Assembly (NCBI GenBank): GCA_036677065.1
Contig: JAKFBS010000002.1
Span: 128,001-192,000 of the forward strand
DNA from: Bdellovibrio sp.
GTDB taxonomy: Bacteria > Bdellovibrionota > Bdellovibrionia > Bdellovibrionales > Bdellovibrionaceae
Direction of reading: 5' to 3'
DNA length: 64,000 nt
The position numbers and the translations under genes are program-made. This document shows positions 10,315 through 19,941 of the stretch, piece after piece (positions within the stretch are counted from its first letter, which is position 1; the number at the start of each line of letters is the position of its first letter). The notes under the pieces were generated by a model. That model made no database searches. It saw only the letters and a list, made by a program, of their open reading frames with translations, and was not told the DNA's origin.

Positions 10315-11076
10315 GTGCCTATTTCAGCTGTGATTATCTGCAAAAATGAAGAAGCCAATATCGAGCGGTGTTTAAAATCCCTTGCTTGGGTTGATGAAGT
10401 TATCGTTTATGACTCGGGGTCTACAGATAACACTGTTAACATTGCGCAGAAAATGGGCGCAAAAGTTCATCAAGGAACATGGTTGGGTTTTGGCGCCACA
10501 AAGCATGAGGCCACAAAGCGTGCAACGCATGATTGGATACTGTCTTTAGATTCTGATGAAGAAGTGCCCAGTAAATTAAAACAAGAAATTCAAGAAAAGT
10601 TAAGTGCACTTGATCCTGATTATATCTATAAAATCCCGCGGTTATCGTATTATCTTGGAAGTTGGATTAAGTATGGTGGTTGGTATCCTGATTTTCAAAT
10701 CAGACTATTCAATCGTAAAACTCATCAATGGAATCAAGCCGAAATTCATGAGCGTGTTGAGCCTATATCAGGCGAACTTGAACATATCGCGCAGTTAGAT
10801 AATCATTTGCACCATTACGTCTTTAAAAACATCGAACATCAGGTGCAGACAAACAATCGTTATTCGACGCTGCAGGCACAAACTATGTTCGCTAACGGTA
10901 AAACATTTAGTTATTTTCATTTATTTACAAAACCTTACGTAAAATTCATCGAATGTTATTTTGTAAAGCTGGGGTTTTTAGACGGTTGGGCGGGGTATGT
11001 GATTGCCAGAAATGCCGCCTATTCAGCTTTGTTAAAATGGTTAAAACTTAAGGAATTATATGCGCACAAAAAATAA
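10315..11076 (+). CDS. GT2 glycosyltransferase (WaaE/KdtX-like LPS-core beta-glucosyltransferase)
   Basis: ISAVIICKNEE, YDSGSTD, WILSLDSDE, GWYPDFQIRLF and GFLDG motifs. Confidence 0.9.
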   Translation: MPISAVIICKNEEANIERCLKSLAWVDEVIVYDSGSTDNTVNIAQKMGAKVHQGTWLGFGATKHEATKRATHDWILSLDSDEEVPSKLKQEIQEKLSALDPDYIYKIPRLSYYLGSWIKYGGWYPDFQIRLFNRKTHQWNQAEIHERVEPISGELEHIAQLDNHLHHYVFKNIEHQVQTNNRYSTLQAQTMFANGKTFSYFHLFTKPYVKFIECYFVKLGFLDGWAGYVIARNAAYSALLKWLKLKELYAHKK

Positions 11077-11998
11077 CTTCTTAATGTTGTCGTTATTGTT
11101 TTTTTCTAAAGCAGTTATGGCCGAAGTGCCTGTGGTTAAGGGTTTTGTGGGCCGACCGTTAATTCAATTAGTCGATGGCCAGGTCAAAGTTGAACCTGTT
11201 AAAGGTAAACGAATTGAACAAAGTTTTACGGTAAAAACTTCGACCAATGAGCAAATTAAAATTGAATTGGGTAAAGATTTTTATTTAATCGTGTTTCCAG
11301 AATCTTCGCTTAAGGTCGAAGGTTTTTATGTGACTAAAAAAGATTATAAAATTAGAGCTGTGAATTTTGATTCAGGCCGTTTTTATCTAAAAAACGGTTC
11401 AAATATAGCTGATGATTTAACGGTGATTTATCAGTCTGATTTTTTTATCTGGAAAAACACAGAAAAAAACAACCAGCGCGAATTCTTTGTTGAGTTAAAT
11501 CCTGCGATTGCGCAAGTGCGTTTCTGTGCTGGTGCTCAGGGGATTTCAGCTTCTTTGTTCGATCATGAGACGGCCAAGAATTTGAAATATCAAGAAGGCG
11601 CATCGTTTCAAGGGGTTCTTAAGAACGGCGAATTGCAATTTGATCAGTTGTTAGAAGGTCGAAAAGTGCCAAAAGGTGAATGGAAAGATAAGTTCACTTG
11701 TGATTTTAAACAAATTTTAAAAGAAATGAATGATTTAGAAGCTTCTGAAGTCGCTAAAATCAAAAAGAACGAACAACAGCAAAAAGCCGCTGAGAAAAAA
11801 CGCAAAGCTGATTACGAAAAATCCCTCTGTCATGAGCCCAACGGGCAGTTCAACGAATGTTTGTGGAAGTGGGAAGGTAAACAATGCATTCGTTATCGCT
11901 GCGATGGCCAAGGTCAATGGAAAGATCGCTACCAATTGCCTAAAAATCACAGTTATCAATGTGAGACAAAACCTAAAGTTTTTAAGTGTGATTACTAA
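11060..11998 (+). CDS. Exported hypothetical protein (FecR-like beta region, coiled coil, Cys-rich C-terminus)
   Basis: Signal peptide, charged helical stretch, then five Cys (CHEPNGQFNECLW..C..C..C..C) plus a terminal Cys. Confidence 0.5.
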   Translation: MRTKNNFLMLSLLFFSKAVMAEVPVVKGFVGRPLIQLVDGQVKVEPVKGKRIEQSFTVKTSTNEQIKIELGKDFYLIVFPESSLKVEGFYVTKKDYKIRAVNFDSGRFYLKNGSNIADDLTVIYQSDFFIWKNTEKNNQREFFVELNPAIAQVRFCAGAQGISASLFDHETAKNLKYQEGASFQGVLKNGELQFDQLLEGRKVPKGEWKDKFTCDFKQILKEMNDLEASEVAKIKKNEQQQKAAEKKRKADYEKSLCHEPNGQFNECLWKWEGKQCIRYRCDGQGQWKDRYQLPKNHSYQCETKPKVFKCDY

Positions 11999-12097
11999 CA
12001 ACTGTTAGCACTTAACGTCACTGGGCGGTAAGTTGTTACCTTATTCGCTATGAGTAACGTCTCAAAGTGAAGCTAAAAACCATCAAAAAGCACCTGT

Positions 12098-12143
12098 TTT
12101 CAATAAGTTACCGAGATTTCGTAATTTCGGCACACGCCTTGTA
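12098..12143 (+). promoter_or_regulatory. Sigma54-like promoter (CGGCACACGCCTTGTA) with an upstream IHF-like site (TTTCAATAAGTTA)
   Basis: GG-N10-GT at 12129-12142 with a GGCAC core, upstream of the lipoprotein pair. Confidence 0.55.
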
Positions 12144-12201
12144 TATACATTAAGTTAACAAGCACACCTGATTTAAGATGGCTCTTTAAGGAAGGTTTTT
12201 T

Positions 12202-13008
12202 ATGAAAACAGGAATTTTAAAAACAAACGCTCTCTTCTTATTAACTGCTACAGTATTATTTGCTGTAGGTTGTTCGAATTCAAATTCGAGTGATTCAGTT
12301 AATAACACATTACCAGTAATTAACGGTGCAGTCCCTTCACCAATAATTATTGATCCAACAGCGCCAACAACACCAGGAACTACAACTCCTGTTTTTAGCG
12401 GTGGATCACAAGTTGCGTTTGTACCTGTAAATCTGGCGCAAATGAATAAGTATGTTGCGACTCATCCATTAAATAATCCCAGTGATTTTAAAATTAGCGT
12501 AAACTTAGCTTCTGTTGGCTCAGGCCGCTACGGTGGAACAGTAGCTATTTCTTACTTAGACAATAACATTCGTTATAACGGTGAATTTAAATCTGGAATG
12601 GGTGCCAACCAATCATTTAAAGGTATGTACGATAACGGCAAATTAGAATCAGAATTCAACTACTGGTTTAACTATAACGGTAAATTAGTATTTACAGCTT
12701 ATTTCGAAGATCAATACGGCGCGATCACGATCACTTTAGAACCAACAACTACGACTTCTGGTGGTAATGATGCTGAGCCGGTACTTTCTGGTCCATATAA
12801 AGGCACAGTCTACTTTAAAAACTTTACGACTACTTTTGCGCAACATTCACCATACCGCGCTTGTTGGCACACCTACATGGGCCCATATGACTGTCGTTCA
12901 AATGTGATCAGTACAAAATGTGGATTATACCCAGGGGCTGAAGCTGGTTACGAGAAGTTAGGAACTTTCTCTGGCCTTGATGTTAAAAAAGCATTCGCTA
13001 TCGACTAA
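12202..13008 (+). CDS. Hypothetical lipoprotein with Pro/Thr linker
   Basis: Lipobox FAVGC, PTAPTTPGTTTP linker, AAGGAAGG RBS. Confidence 0.75.
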   Translation: MKTGILKTNALFLLTATVLFAVGCSNSNSSDSVNNTLPVINGAVPSPIIIDPTAPTTPGTTTPVFSGGSQVAFVPVNLAQMNKYVATHPLNNPSDFKISVNLASVGSGRYGGTVAISYLDNNIRYNGEFKSGMGANQSFKGMYDNGKLESEFNYWFNYNGKLVFTAYFEDQYGAITITLEPTTTTSGGNDAEPVLSGPYKGTVYFKNFTTTFAQHSPYRACWHTYMGPYDCRSNVISTKCGLYPGAEAGYEKLGTFSGLDVKKAFAID

Positions 13009-13036
13009 TAAAATATTAACGAAGAGTAGGTAAACA

Positions 13037-13642
13037 ATGAAAACTCTAAGTCAAATTATCTCAATCATCACAGTAACAATGGCTGCCGCTTACATGGTAG
13101 CTTGTGATCAGAAAAACAAAAACTCTCAAGCTACAGCATTACCGGTTTACCAAAACTGTGTAAACTGCGGCGGAGTGATCAGCGGCTCTGAATTCTTTCG
13201 CTCAGAATCTAAGAACTACGATCAAACCGTCTTATTAAATTTAAGTTTCGTAGGCTCTACAAACGTAGCAACGCCTTATTACGGAAACTTAAACTACGGA
13301 TCACCAGTGATTAATTATATCGGGCCAGTGGCTGTGACGGGAATTTTAAATATCAACATGGGTACTCATGCTGGTGGATGTTTAATCCAACCAGGCCAAT
13401 ACACTTTATCAACATTACAAGCGGGTACATGGTCAAATGCCATTGTGCAAAATTTAAGAGTTCAAGCTTACGGTCCATCGAACATGATTATTTCTATCCC
13501 GTTGGCTCAGGTTTCAGCAAAACGCTATGACCAAATGGGTAGATTGTGGTCTGAAATTCCGCAAGTGGGTCGTATTTTTGGTAACGTGATCATCGAAAAT
13601 GTGAACGGATACCGTTGTTACACTGACATTCTAGTCGATTAG
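13037..13642 (+). CDS. Hypothetical lipoprotein
   Basis: Lipobox MVAC, then CVNC. Probably co-transcribed with the upstream lipoprotein. Confidence 0.7.
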   Translation: MKTLSQIISIITVTMAAAYMVACDQKNKNSQATALPVYQNCVNCGGVISGSEFFRSESKNYDQTVLLNLSFVGSTNVATPYYGNLNYGSPVINYIGPVAVTGILNINMGTHAGGCLIQPGQYTLSTLQAGTWSNAIVQNLRVQAYGPSNMIISIPLAQVSAKRYDQMGRLWSEIPQVGRIFGNVIIENVNGYRCYTDILVD

Positions 13643-13703
13643 TTAAAGTAGTTTCTTAAGATTTAAGATCAGCAAAGATTTAAGTTAAATAAAATAATAA
13701 ATT

Positions 13704-13750
13704 AAAGGGCGATTTTGTGAGGAGCCATCTCACGAAGTCGCCTTTTTTAT
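13704..13750 (+). terminator. Intrinsic terminator
   Basis: GGCGATTTTGTGAG...CTCACGAAGTCGCC stem followed by TTTTTTATTTT. Confidence 0.85.
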
Positions 13751-13790
13751 TTTCTTGCTTAATTTCTAAATCAGGTTTGAAATTGTATAT

Positions 13791-14678
13791 ATGAGTTTAT
13801 TACCTCTTTGGATTGAGTTCTTCGATGATTTGCAACATGTAAGAGGGCGTTCACTAAATACCGTGATGGCCTACAGAAGAGATTTGGAATTATACCAAGC
13901 TTTTCAGACTAAAAGCAGACGTTTAATTGAGTTCTACGATTTCATGAAAGATGAAGGTTTATCAACCCGCTCGCAAGCGCGTGTGATTTCTTCGTTACGT
14001 ACTTATTTTAAATTTTGTGAAACTCGCGGAATCAAATCTGAAGAGTTACGTGAATTACGCCCACCAAAAGTAAAATCAACACTTCCTAAATCGATCACAT
14101 TTCAAGAATTTGAACGCTTATTTGCTTCATGCGAAGTGGCTGATCCAGCAAAAAAATACCGTAATCAATTAACGTTATTATTTTTATATGGTTTAGGTTG
14201 CAGAGTTTCTGAATTGATTTCTTTAAACTTAAACGATTTTTCAGCCACAGAACGTTGGGTGAAAGTTTTAGGTAAGGGCCGCAAAGAACGACTGATTCCT
14301 TTAACAGAGACTTTATTTGAAGCTTTAGATAAATATCTAAAACATTCTCGTCATTTATTAGCTTACGATGAATCAGGGCAAAACTCTTTATTACTTAATG
14401 ATCGTGGACACCGTCCGTCGCGCATTGATGTGTGGAGATGGTTAGCGTCTTGGTCGGTGAAAGCTGGCTTTGATACTCCGGTACATCCGCACAGATTCAG
14501 ACATGGTTGTGCTACTGCATTGTTAGAAGGCGGAGCAGATCTACGTTCAATCCAAATGTTGTTAGGCCACGCAAGTATTCAAACGACACAAGTTTACACG
14601 GCGGTTTCTACGGCTACGGCTGCAAAAGCTGTGGATGAACATCATCCGATGTCTAAAATGAAAGACGTGGCGATTTAA
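13791..14678 (+). CDS. xerD: Chromosomal site-specific tyrosine recombinase XerD
   Basis: SLNTVMAYRRDL, GCRVSEL, GKGRKER, HPHRFRH and LLEGGADLRSIQMLLGHASIQTTQVYT. The R-K-H-R-H-Y catalytic set is present. Confidence 0.88.
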   Translation: MSLLPLWIEFFDDLQHVRGRSLNTVMAYRRDLELYQAFQTKSRRLIEFYDFMKDEGLSTRSQARVISSLRTYFKFCETRGIKSEELRELRPPKVKSTLPKSITFQEFERLFASCEVADPAKKYRNQLTLLFLYGLGCRVSELISLNLNDFSATERWVKVLGKGRKERLIPLTETLFEALDKYLKHSRHLLAYDESGQNSLLLNDRGHRPSRIDVWRWLASWSVKAGFDTPVHPHRFRHGCATALLEGGADLRSIQMLLGHASIQTTQVYTAVSTATAAKAVDEHHPMSKMKDVAI

Positions 14679-14777
14679 TTCGAACTAGCCGTTCGCTCCG
14701 GATTTCGGTTTACAAAAGTTCGTAGTCAAATTCTAGAGATAACTAATAAAGCCTAAGTTTTGCAAAACTTGGGCTTT

Positions 14778-16124
14778 ATGATTTTAAATACCCTGATTGA
14801 AAACCAAAACCGCCTTGTGCCTGCCGTTGTAGAAATTCAACTTATACCTGGAATTCCGCAGATTCATTTTTTGGGTTTGCCAGATAAGGTGATTAAAGAA
14901 AGTTTCTTTCGTATTAAAGCCGCACTTAAATCTTCTGGTTTTAAGTTTCCGATATCGCAACAGGTGATCGTGAATATTCGGCCTAGCTCATTAAAAAAAT
15001 CTTCAATGGGATTAGAATTAGCAGTAGCTCTTGGCATCCTGCATTTAACCGGACAAAAAGAATTAAGTGATCGGGCTCAACAGCATCTTATTTATGGCGA
15101 GCTTGATTTAGACGGGGGCGTACGTGAACCCGAAGATTTGATCTATTTTAAAAATGTGAACCAAGATTATGTCTTAACCGGACGGGCAAAAAAGCAGAGT
15201 TCTGAATATTCAAGGCTTGAGCATTTAAAAGAAGACGTTGAGCTCAATGAACATAGCCGCGTATTAAAAAAATCTTTAGTGCGACCATTAATAGGATTAA
15301 AAAATAAGTTTTCAACTGATGAAGCGGAGTTAATTTTTTTACTGGCGACTACGGGATTACATGCACTGGTTGCGGGGCAGTCAGGGGCTGGAAAATCTTT
15401 TTTAGCTAAAAATTTTATAACTTTTTATAAACCTAAAAATGAAGACTCACAAACTCCGCATGATTGGTATCCGGTTTTGGCACCTCATCATTCATTAACT
15501 CCGGCAGCATTTTTAGGCGGTGGTGCGCAACTTTACGAAGGTGAAATTGAAAAAGTTGAAAATGGGGTTTTGATTTTAGATGAGTTATTAGAATTTCATT
15601 CGCAAATTTTAGAATCTTTGCGCGAACCGATGACAGGTGAACCTTTGCGAATTGCGCGTGCTGGTCGGGTAAAAGAAATTAAACCTTCGTTTCAAGTGAT
15701 TGCTACAAGTAATTTTTGTCCGTGTGGAAAATGGGTTCCGGGTTTTGATTTAGATGGTTGTAGATTTTCTGCGGTAAAATGCAGAAGCCATTTAAATCGA
15801 TTATCGGGGCCCTTAGTAGACCGCTTCGGCTTAATCTATTTTCATAAACTGCGCAGACCAAAACGCGATATCACAGGCCATGAAATTTTAAAACGTATTG
15901 AAAAGTGGTGTGATTTAGCCGAGCTGAATCTGGTTAAAGTCGATCTGGACTTTATCGATTCGATCTACGGCGAACTTTCTGGTCGGCGTCAGCAAGCGTT
16001 AGCTAAGGTGGCTGAAATCTATGCTATCGAAGAAAAAGCCTCAGAAATAACGGTTAAACATTTAAAAAAGAGCGAATCTTGGACAATTTCTGGGTTTATG
16101 CAGTTAGAAAAAGGTATGGCTTAA
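14778..16124 (+). CDS. comM: ComM/YifB Mg-chelatase-like AAA+ ATPase (compact form)
   Basis: IHFLGLPDKVIKES, Walker A GQSGAGKS, APHHS, LDELLEF, CPCG and LSGPLVDRF. Confidence 0.85.
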   Translation: MILNTLIENQNRLVPAVVEIQLIPGIPQIHFLGLPDKVIKESFFRIKAALKSSGFKFPISQQVIVNIRPSSLKKSSMGLELAVALGILHLTGQKELSDRAQQHLIYGELDLDGGVREPEDLIYFKNVNQDYVLTGRAKKQSSEYSRLEHLKEDVELNEHSRVLKKSLVRPLIGLKNKFSTDEAELIFLLATTGLHALVAGQSGAGKSFLAKNFITFYKPKNEDSQTPHDWYPVLAPHHSLTPAAFLGGGAQLYEGEIEKVENGVLILDELLEFHSQILESLREPMTGEPLRIARAGRVKEIKPSFQVIATSNFCPCGKWVPGFDLDGCRFSAVKCRSHLNRLSGPLVDRFGLIYFHKLRRPKRDITGHEILKRIEKWCDLAELNLVKVDLDFIDSIYGELSGRRQQALAKVAEIYAIEEKASEITVKHLKKSESWTISGFMQLEKGMA

Positions 16125-16132
16125 GGCATTTC

Positions 16133-16161
16133 TTGACAAAAATGCCGCCCAAATTTAACTT
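16133..16161 (+). promoter_or_regulatory. Sigma70 promoter for tRNA-Cys
   Basis: TTGACA-N17-TAACTT, 16 bp upstream of the tRNA. Confidence 0.7.
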
Positions 16162-16177
16162 GGAGCTTCCTTCGATT

Positions 16178-16251
16178 GGTGACGTGGCCGAGGGGTTAGG
16201 CACGGCTCTGCAAAAGCTGTTACGGGGGTTCAAGTCCCTCCGTCACCTCCA
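16178..16251 (+). tRNA. tRNA-Cys(GCA)
   Basis: Acceptor stem GGTGACG/CGTCACC, anticodon GCA at 16210-16212, T-loop GGTTCAAGTCC, discriminator U and encoded CCA. Confidence 0.96.
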
Positions 16252-16365
16252 AAATTCGCTAGTAATATTAGTGACGTACGGACAATCAATTTCACAGAGT
16301 GGATACAAAATCCCTGATTTATGGTTACAAGCTAACTCCTTTCAGTTTGCCTCAGGAAGGCCAAC

Positions 16366-16476
16366 ATGAAGCGGAAGTTAAATCATTTCAATTTTTTCCT
16401 CAGATTACCGTCATTTCCAATGCTTATTCAAATTGCGAACACATTAGAAGTCGATATTTCTGATTTAGTTAAATGA
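16366..16476 (+). pseudogene. Remnant of an XRE-family HTH regulator (C-terminal helices only)
   Basis: 36-aa ORF ending RLPSFPMLIQIANTLEVDISDLVK, which matches the C-terminal pattern of HTH_3 proteins. The N-terminal helices are absent. Confidence 0.5.
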
Positions 16477-16562
16477 AATATTATAGTCTAGAGACTCTGG
16501 TTTAATATTGTTTTAAAAATAAAAATCTATTTATAATAACCAAAATCAAAATAGAGGTTCTT

Positions 16563-16961
16563 ATGACAGATTTAGGTCCTATTGAAAAAAGTGTATTAAG
16601 TAAAGTTAAAGTATTTCCGGCGTGGGATGGGTACTCTGATCTCGAAAATAAAGCATCCGAATATGACGCTCATGTAAGTTTTGGAGACAAATATGTGTAT
16701 TCCGTAGCCAAGATGAGAGATTCACTTCAGACATTGAGTCATTACCAACATACTGATAGAGATTTGCTATCTTCAGCGAAAAATCAGGTTTTAGAATTAG
16801 TAAAAGATATTAATTCTGAGCTAGGTAAAATGATTGAGCTAAATAAAGGAAATGTTACTGAGCTTATGCAGGATAGATTTGTTATGGCTTATACTCAAAA
16901 AAACAAAGCTAAATTAGTTATTACCGTCCCAGATATGTGGTTTCCGATTAGTGAAAATTAG
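16563..16961 (+). CDS. Hypothetical protein (AT-rich island)
   Basis: 132-aa ORF with AGAGG RBS. No family recognised. Confidence 0.6.
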   Translation: MTDLGPIEKSVLSKVKVFPAWDGYSDLENKASEYDAHVSFGDKYVYSVAKMRDSLQTLSHYQHTDRDLLSSAKNQVLELVKDINSELGKMIELNKGNVTELMQDRFVMAYTQKNKAKLVITVPDMWFPISEN

Positions 16962-17025
16962 ACTTACGTGCTCTTTAAGGTTCTAAGTAAATACCAAATG
17001 CCGCATACTATAAAATGGAGAAAAT

Positions 17026-17241
17026 ATGGCGCAATCAAAAACATCAGTAATTGTTCTAAGTTTGCTAATTCAGACCTTAAAAAAAGACGAAGAAATGATA
17101 GAAGTCTTAGGGAACATTGAAGCTATACTAAAGCATTCTGGAATGGACACTGAGATTTTGGAAATCAAAGAACTAATAGAATCTCTAAAAAAAGATACTG
17201 TTGTTCGTAACACACGATTAAGTCCGTTTGGTGTGAAGTAA
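17026..17241 (+). CDS. Small hypothetical protein
   Basis: 71-aa ORF with GGAG RBS. Confidence 0.5.
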   Translation: MAQSKTSVIVLSLLIQTLKKDEEMIEVLGNIEAILKHSGMDTEILEIKELIESLKKDTVVRNTRLSPFGVK

Positions 17242-17256
17242 GATACCTGTATTAAT

Positions 17257-17691
17257 ATGAAAAAAGGCACTAATGTTCTTCTTGCAATTAGTTTAACCCT
17301 CAATGGCTTGTTGTTATATTTTATAAAAAATGAAACGACAGTCTTTTTTAACGACAGTCATTTTTGGTCAGATTGGTCGATGGAGACTAGCGGAATTACA
17401 ATATTTAATGACAAAGAATTACAGCCTGATGTGACTAAATTTGTTCAGCATTATGAATTTAGCTGTTTAGAAAAATCTTGTGTCGTTGTGGAGTCGACGT
17501 TGTCAGGAAATAGTATTGTTAATTTTGTAAGGTGGCCTGATATAGTTAGTCTTAACTATTCGAGCAAAGAAGCCGTATTTAAGTACAATGGTTGTCAATT
17601 CTCAGTTTCTAAGGACTCTACTACCTTTATTTGCCCGGGAAACAAAATAGGTACTTTAGGAAGTCATATTAATTTATTTCACAGTCGTTAA
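17257..17691 (+). CDS. Hypothetical membrane-anchored protein
   Basis: N-terminal TM helix, four Cys in the soluble part. Confidence 0.55.
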   Translation: MKKGTNVLLAISLTLNGLLLYFIKNETTVFFNDSHFWSDWSMETSGITIFNDKELQPDVTKFVQHYEFSCLEKSCVVVESTLSGNSIVNFVRWPDIVSLNYSSKEAVFKYNGCQFSVSKDSTTFICPGNKIGTLGSHINLFHSR

Positions 17692-17962
17692 GAAATTTTA
17701 GTTTTTGTATTACTAATAATTTCTTGTAATAAGTCGGTTGTTAGATTGTGTTTTTTTCTTTTACGAATTACTTGATAGAAGTTTCGTAAATAAATCATTT
17801 CATTATCACAACTGTTAAGGCGCAAAATCCGGCTGCTTATTTAAGTATGTATCCTGACGACGAAGCTTGGCAGGCTTGTATTTCAACTTTTGTGGATAGT
17901 TGGAAAAAAAACGATCCAGCAGGACATATATTGCCGCCAGGGCCTTGGAAAGGAAACTAGCT

Positions 17963-18355
17963 ATGAATGAAAACGCTACAAAAATAAAGTCTTTAGTAGG
18001 TCAAACTTTTAATAAACTTGAAAAAGAGTCAGATGCAAGTGGATACCTTTATTTATCAAATGGCGCAAAAATTTATATTTCTTATTGGAGATGCTATGCG
18101 TCCGAAAAGTCGAAATTTAGTAGTTTTGATGACAAACAAAAATATGGATTTGCTGTTCCCATGGATTCTTTAAATCTTTTAAAGGAAGCCATTTTAAATG
18201 TCGAAATTTCCTCAATTAAATTAACTGAATCGTTTTTTGATATTGAAATTAGACTTGTAAACAATGCTGTGCTTCAAGTTTTTAATTTCACAGGAAATGA
18301 AGTCTGGGAAGTAACTTTTAGCGATGGCACTACAATTTTATCAAACTACTTCTAA
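17963..18355 (+). CDS. Hypothetical protein, possibly immunity-protein-like
   Basis: GGAAAGGA RBS before the ATG at 17963. Small alpha/beta protein with a WRC...SS.D motif. Confidence 0.55.
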   Translation: MNENATKIKSLVGQTFNKLEKESDASGYLYLSNGAKIYISYWRCYASEKSKFSSFDDKQKYGFAVPMDSLNLLKEAILNVEISSIKLTESFFDIEIRLVNNAVLQVFNFTGNEVWEVTFSDGTTILSNYF

Positions 18356-18392
18356 TGCTTGTATATACTGGTTTTAAATATGGAAAATAGAT

Positions 18393-18617
18393 ATGAAGAA
18401 AACAGTTTATGTTAAATTGTTAGATGAAGATTTAGAAGTTTGGAAGCCGATAGTTGTTGAAGCCGTAGAAGGTACTAATCTCTACTTGGTATTGGGCGAG
18501 CCTTGGAACAAACTTATTCCTGATGAAAAATGGGAATTTCCTCCGGGAGCTAAAGTAAATCTGCAGCTACATACTATTGAAGGAAAAAGCGAGCTTATAG
18601 CTACTTATTGCCAGTAG
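18393..18617 (+). CDS. Small hypothetical protein
   Basis: VYVKLLDE..EVWKP...EKWEFPPG, acidic small beta protein. Confidence 0.6.
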   Translation: MKKTVYVKLLDEDLEVWKPIVVEAVEGTNLYLVLGEPWNKLIPDEKWEFPPGAKVNLQLHTIEGKSELIATYCQ

Positions 18618-18623
18618 AAAGAA

Positions 18624-19427
18624 GTGGAAAATATGCAAAAGAGTGAACGATCTATCCTGTTAGAAATTAAAAAAGCAAGTAATTTACTAAAGGGTGAAGC
18701 TTCAGCGAAAGTTATACGCGGACAAATTAAATTACTTCGAAAATATAAACATATAGCTCAAGCTCGAGCTGAACTTGTTATTGAGCATTTTCAAAATCAT
18801 CATGATTTAAATCCAGAAATCGTATTTTCTTGGGCCTTAGAAGCGGCCAATCGTGGAGATGCTCGTAATATGGTTAATGCCGGATATTGTTATGCGAACG
18901 GTATTGGAGTTAAAAAAGATTACAAATCGGCAATCAAATGGCTTTTGAAAGCGTCGAAAGCGGAAATGCCTGAAGCTTTTTACAACTTGGCGAAACATTT
19001 TGAAGCTGGCGAAGGGGTGGTAAAAAATCGAAAGCAAGCTTTTCATTACTATAAGCTTGCTGCAAATAAAGGAAGTGAACCCGAGTTTAACTTAGCTTTG
19101 GGATGGTGTTATGAGAATGGTTTCGGCGTAAGACTAGATTTAAAAAATGCAGTAAAATACTATAGAAAAGCTGCGAAGGAAGGCGATGAAAGCGCGCTAA
19201 GTAATTTAGGACTCTCTTACCTTTATGGACGGGGGGTTAAATCTTCGACATCAAAAGCGATAGAATTTTTTTCTAAGGCTGCGCAGAAGGGCCATAGTCG
19301 ATCATGCGAAATGCTAGGGCTAATTTATATTGGTGAAGAGGGAGCGCTTAAAAAAATTGATTTAGCTAAAGGAAAAAAGTTCTTAAAGTTAGCAGCAAAG
19401 CTAAACGCTTTCGAAGCTCAGCTTTGA
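18624..19427 (+). CDS. Sel1-repeat (TPR-like) protein
   Basis: Repeated A..NLG..Y..G.GV..D...A..YY..AA..G units. Confidence 0.9.
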   Translation: MENMQKSERSILLEIKKASNLLKGEASAKVIRGQIKLLRKYKHIAQARAELVIEHFQNHHDLNPEIVFSWALEAANRGDARNMVNAGYCYANGIGVKKDYKSAIKWLLKASKAEMPEAFYNLAKHFEAGEGVVKNRKQAFHYYKLAANKGSEPEFNLALGWCYENGFGVRLDLKNAVKYYRKAAKEGDESALSNLGLSYLYGRGVKSSTSKAIEFFSKAAQKGHSRSCEMLGLIYIGEEGALKKIDLAKGKKFLKLAAKLNAFEAQL

Positions 19428-19506
19428 ACTGCCTGGGCTAAACTTGTCCAGATTATGTACGGCCTAGACAAATTTAAAGTCTACCAATTTGTGGCGTAAG
19501 TAGTAC

Positions 19507-19920
19507 TCATGGTTTATTGCTTTGAAAAGCGAATCGTGGAGCTAAAGTTAAATACAAATTATAAATAGTCGCCAGTAAAAATAAAACCGGAATAACAGGC
19601 GGTTTTATTTTCATCGGAAGAACCTCGGCGGGCACTCCGGGCAAAAGGTGAACATAAGTCGCTACGCACATGATTGCGATTAAGCCTAAAGACCCGATAC
19701 TTAAAAGATTAAATTTGAATCTTTCGTTTTTAATGAAAATACTAAACAACAGTATAAACCCAACTGTCATTTCGCCAAAAATGCCAAACAAGTAACTGGC
19801 CTCAGGAAGACCGCTTGTCTGAATCTGAATTGAATACCAAGTTTTAAAAGGTTCGAAGAATTTCAAAAATCCAAACATTAAAATCATAAAGCCTAAAAAT
19901 ACAGATAGTTTTTTATGCAT
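19507..19920 (-). CDS. DoxX-like membrane protein
   Basis: Four TM helices, FG.LKF, G..GE and A.YVH pattern. Confidence 0.65.
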   Translation of the reverse strand: MHKKLSVFLGFMILMFGFLKFFEPFKTWYSIQIQTSGLPEASYLFGIFGEMTVGFILLFSIFIKNERFKFNLLSIGSLGLIAIMCVATYVHLLPGVPAEVLPMKIKPPVIPVLFLLATIYNLYLTLAPRFAFQSNKP

Positions 19921-19941
19921 AGAAGTTTCTCCTAGTTTTAG

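Noticed and set aside
13791..14678. Integrase of the tRNA-Cys island
   Set aside because: Sequence and size fit housekeeping XerD. It lies on the 5' side of the tRNA, separated by comM, and no dif-like site was recognised.
16079..16369. 96-aa ORF
   Set aside because: It overlaps the tRNA-Cys gene and its promoter.
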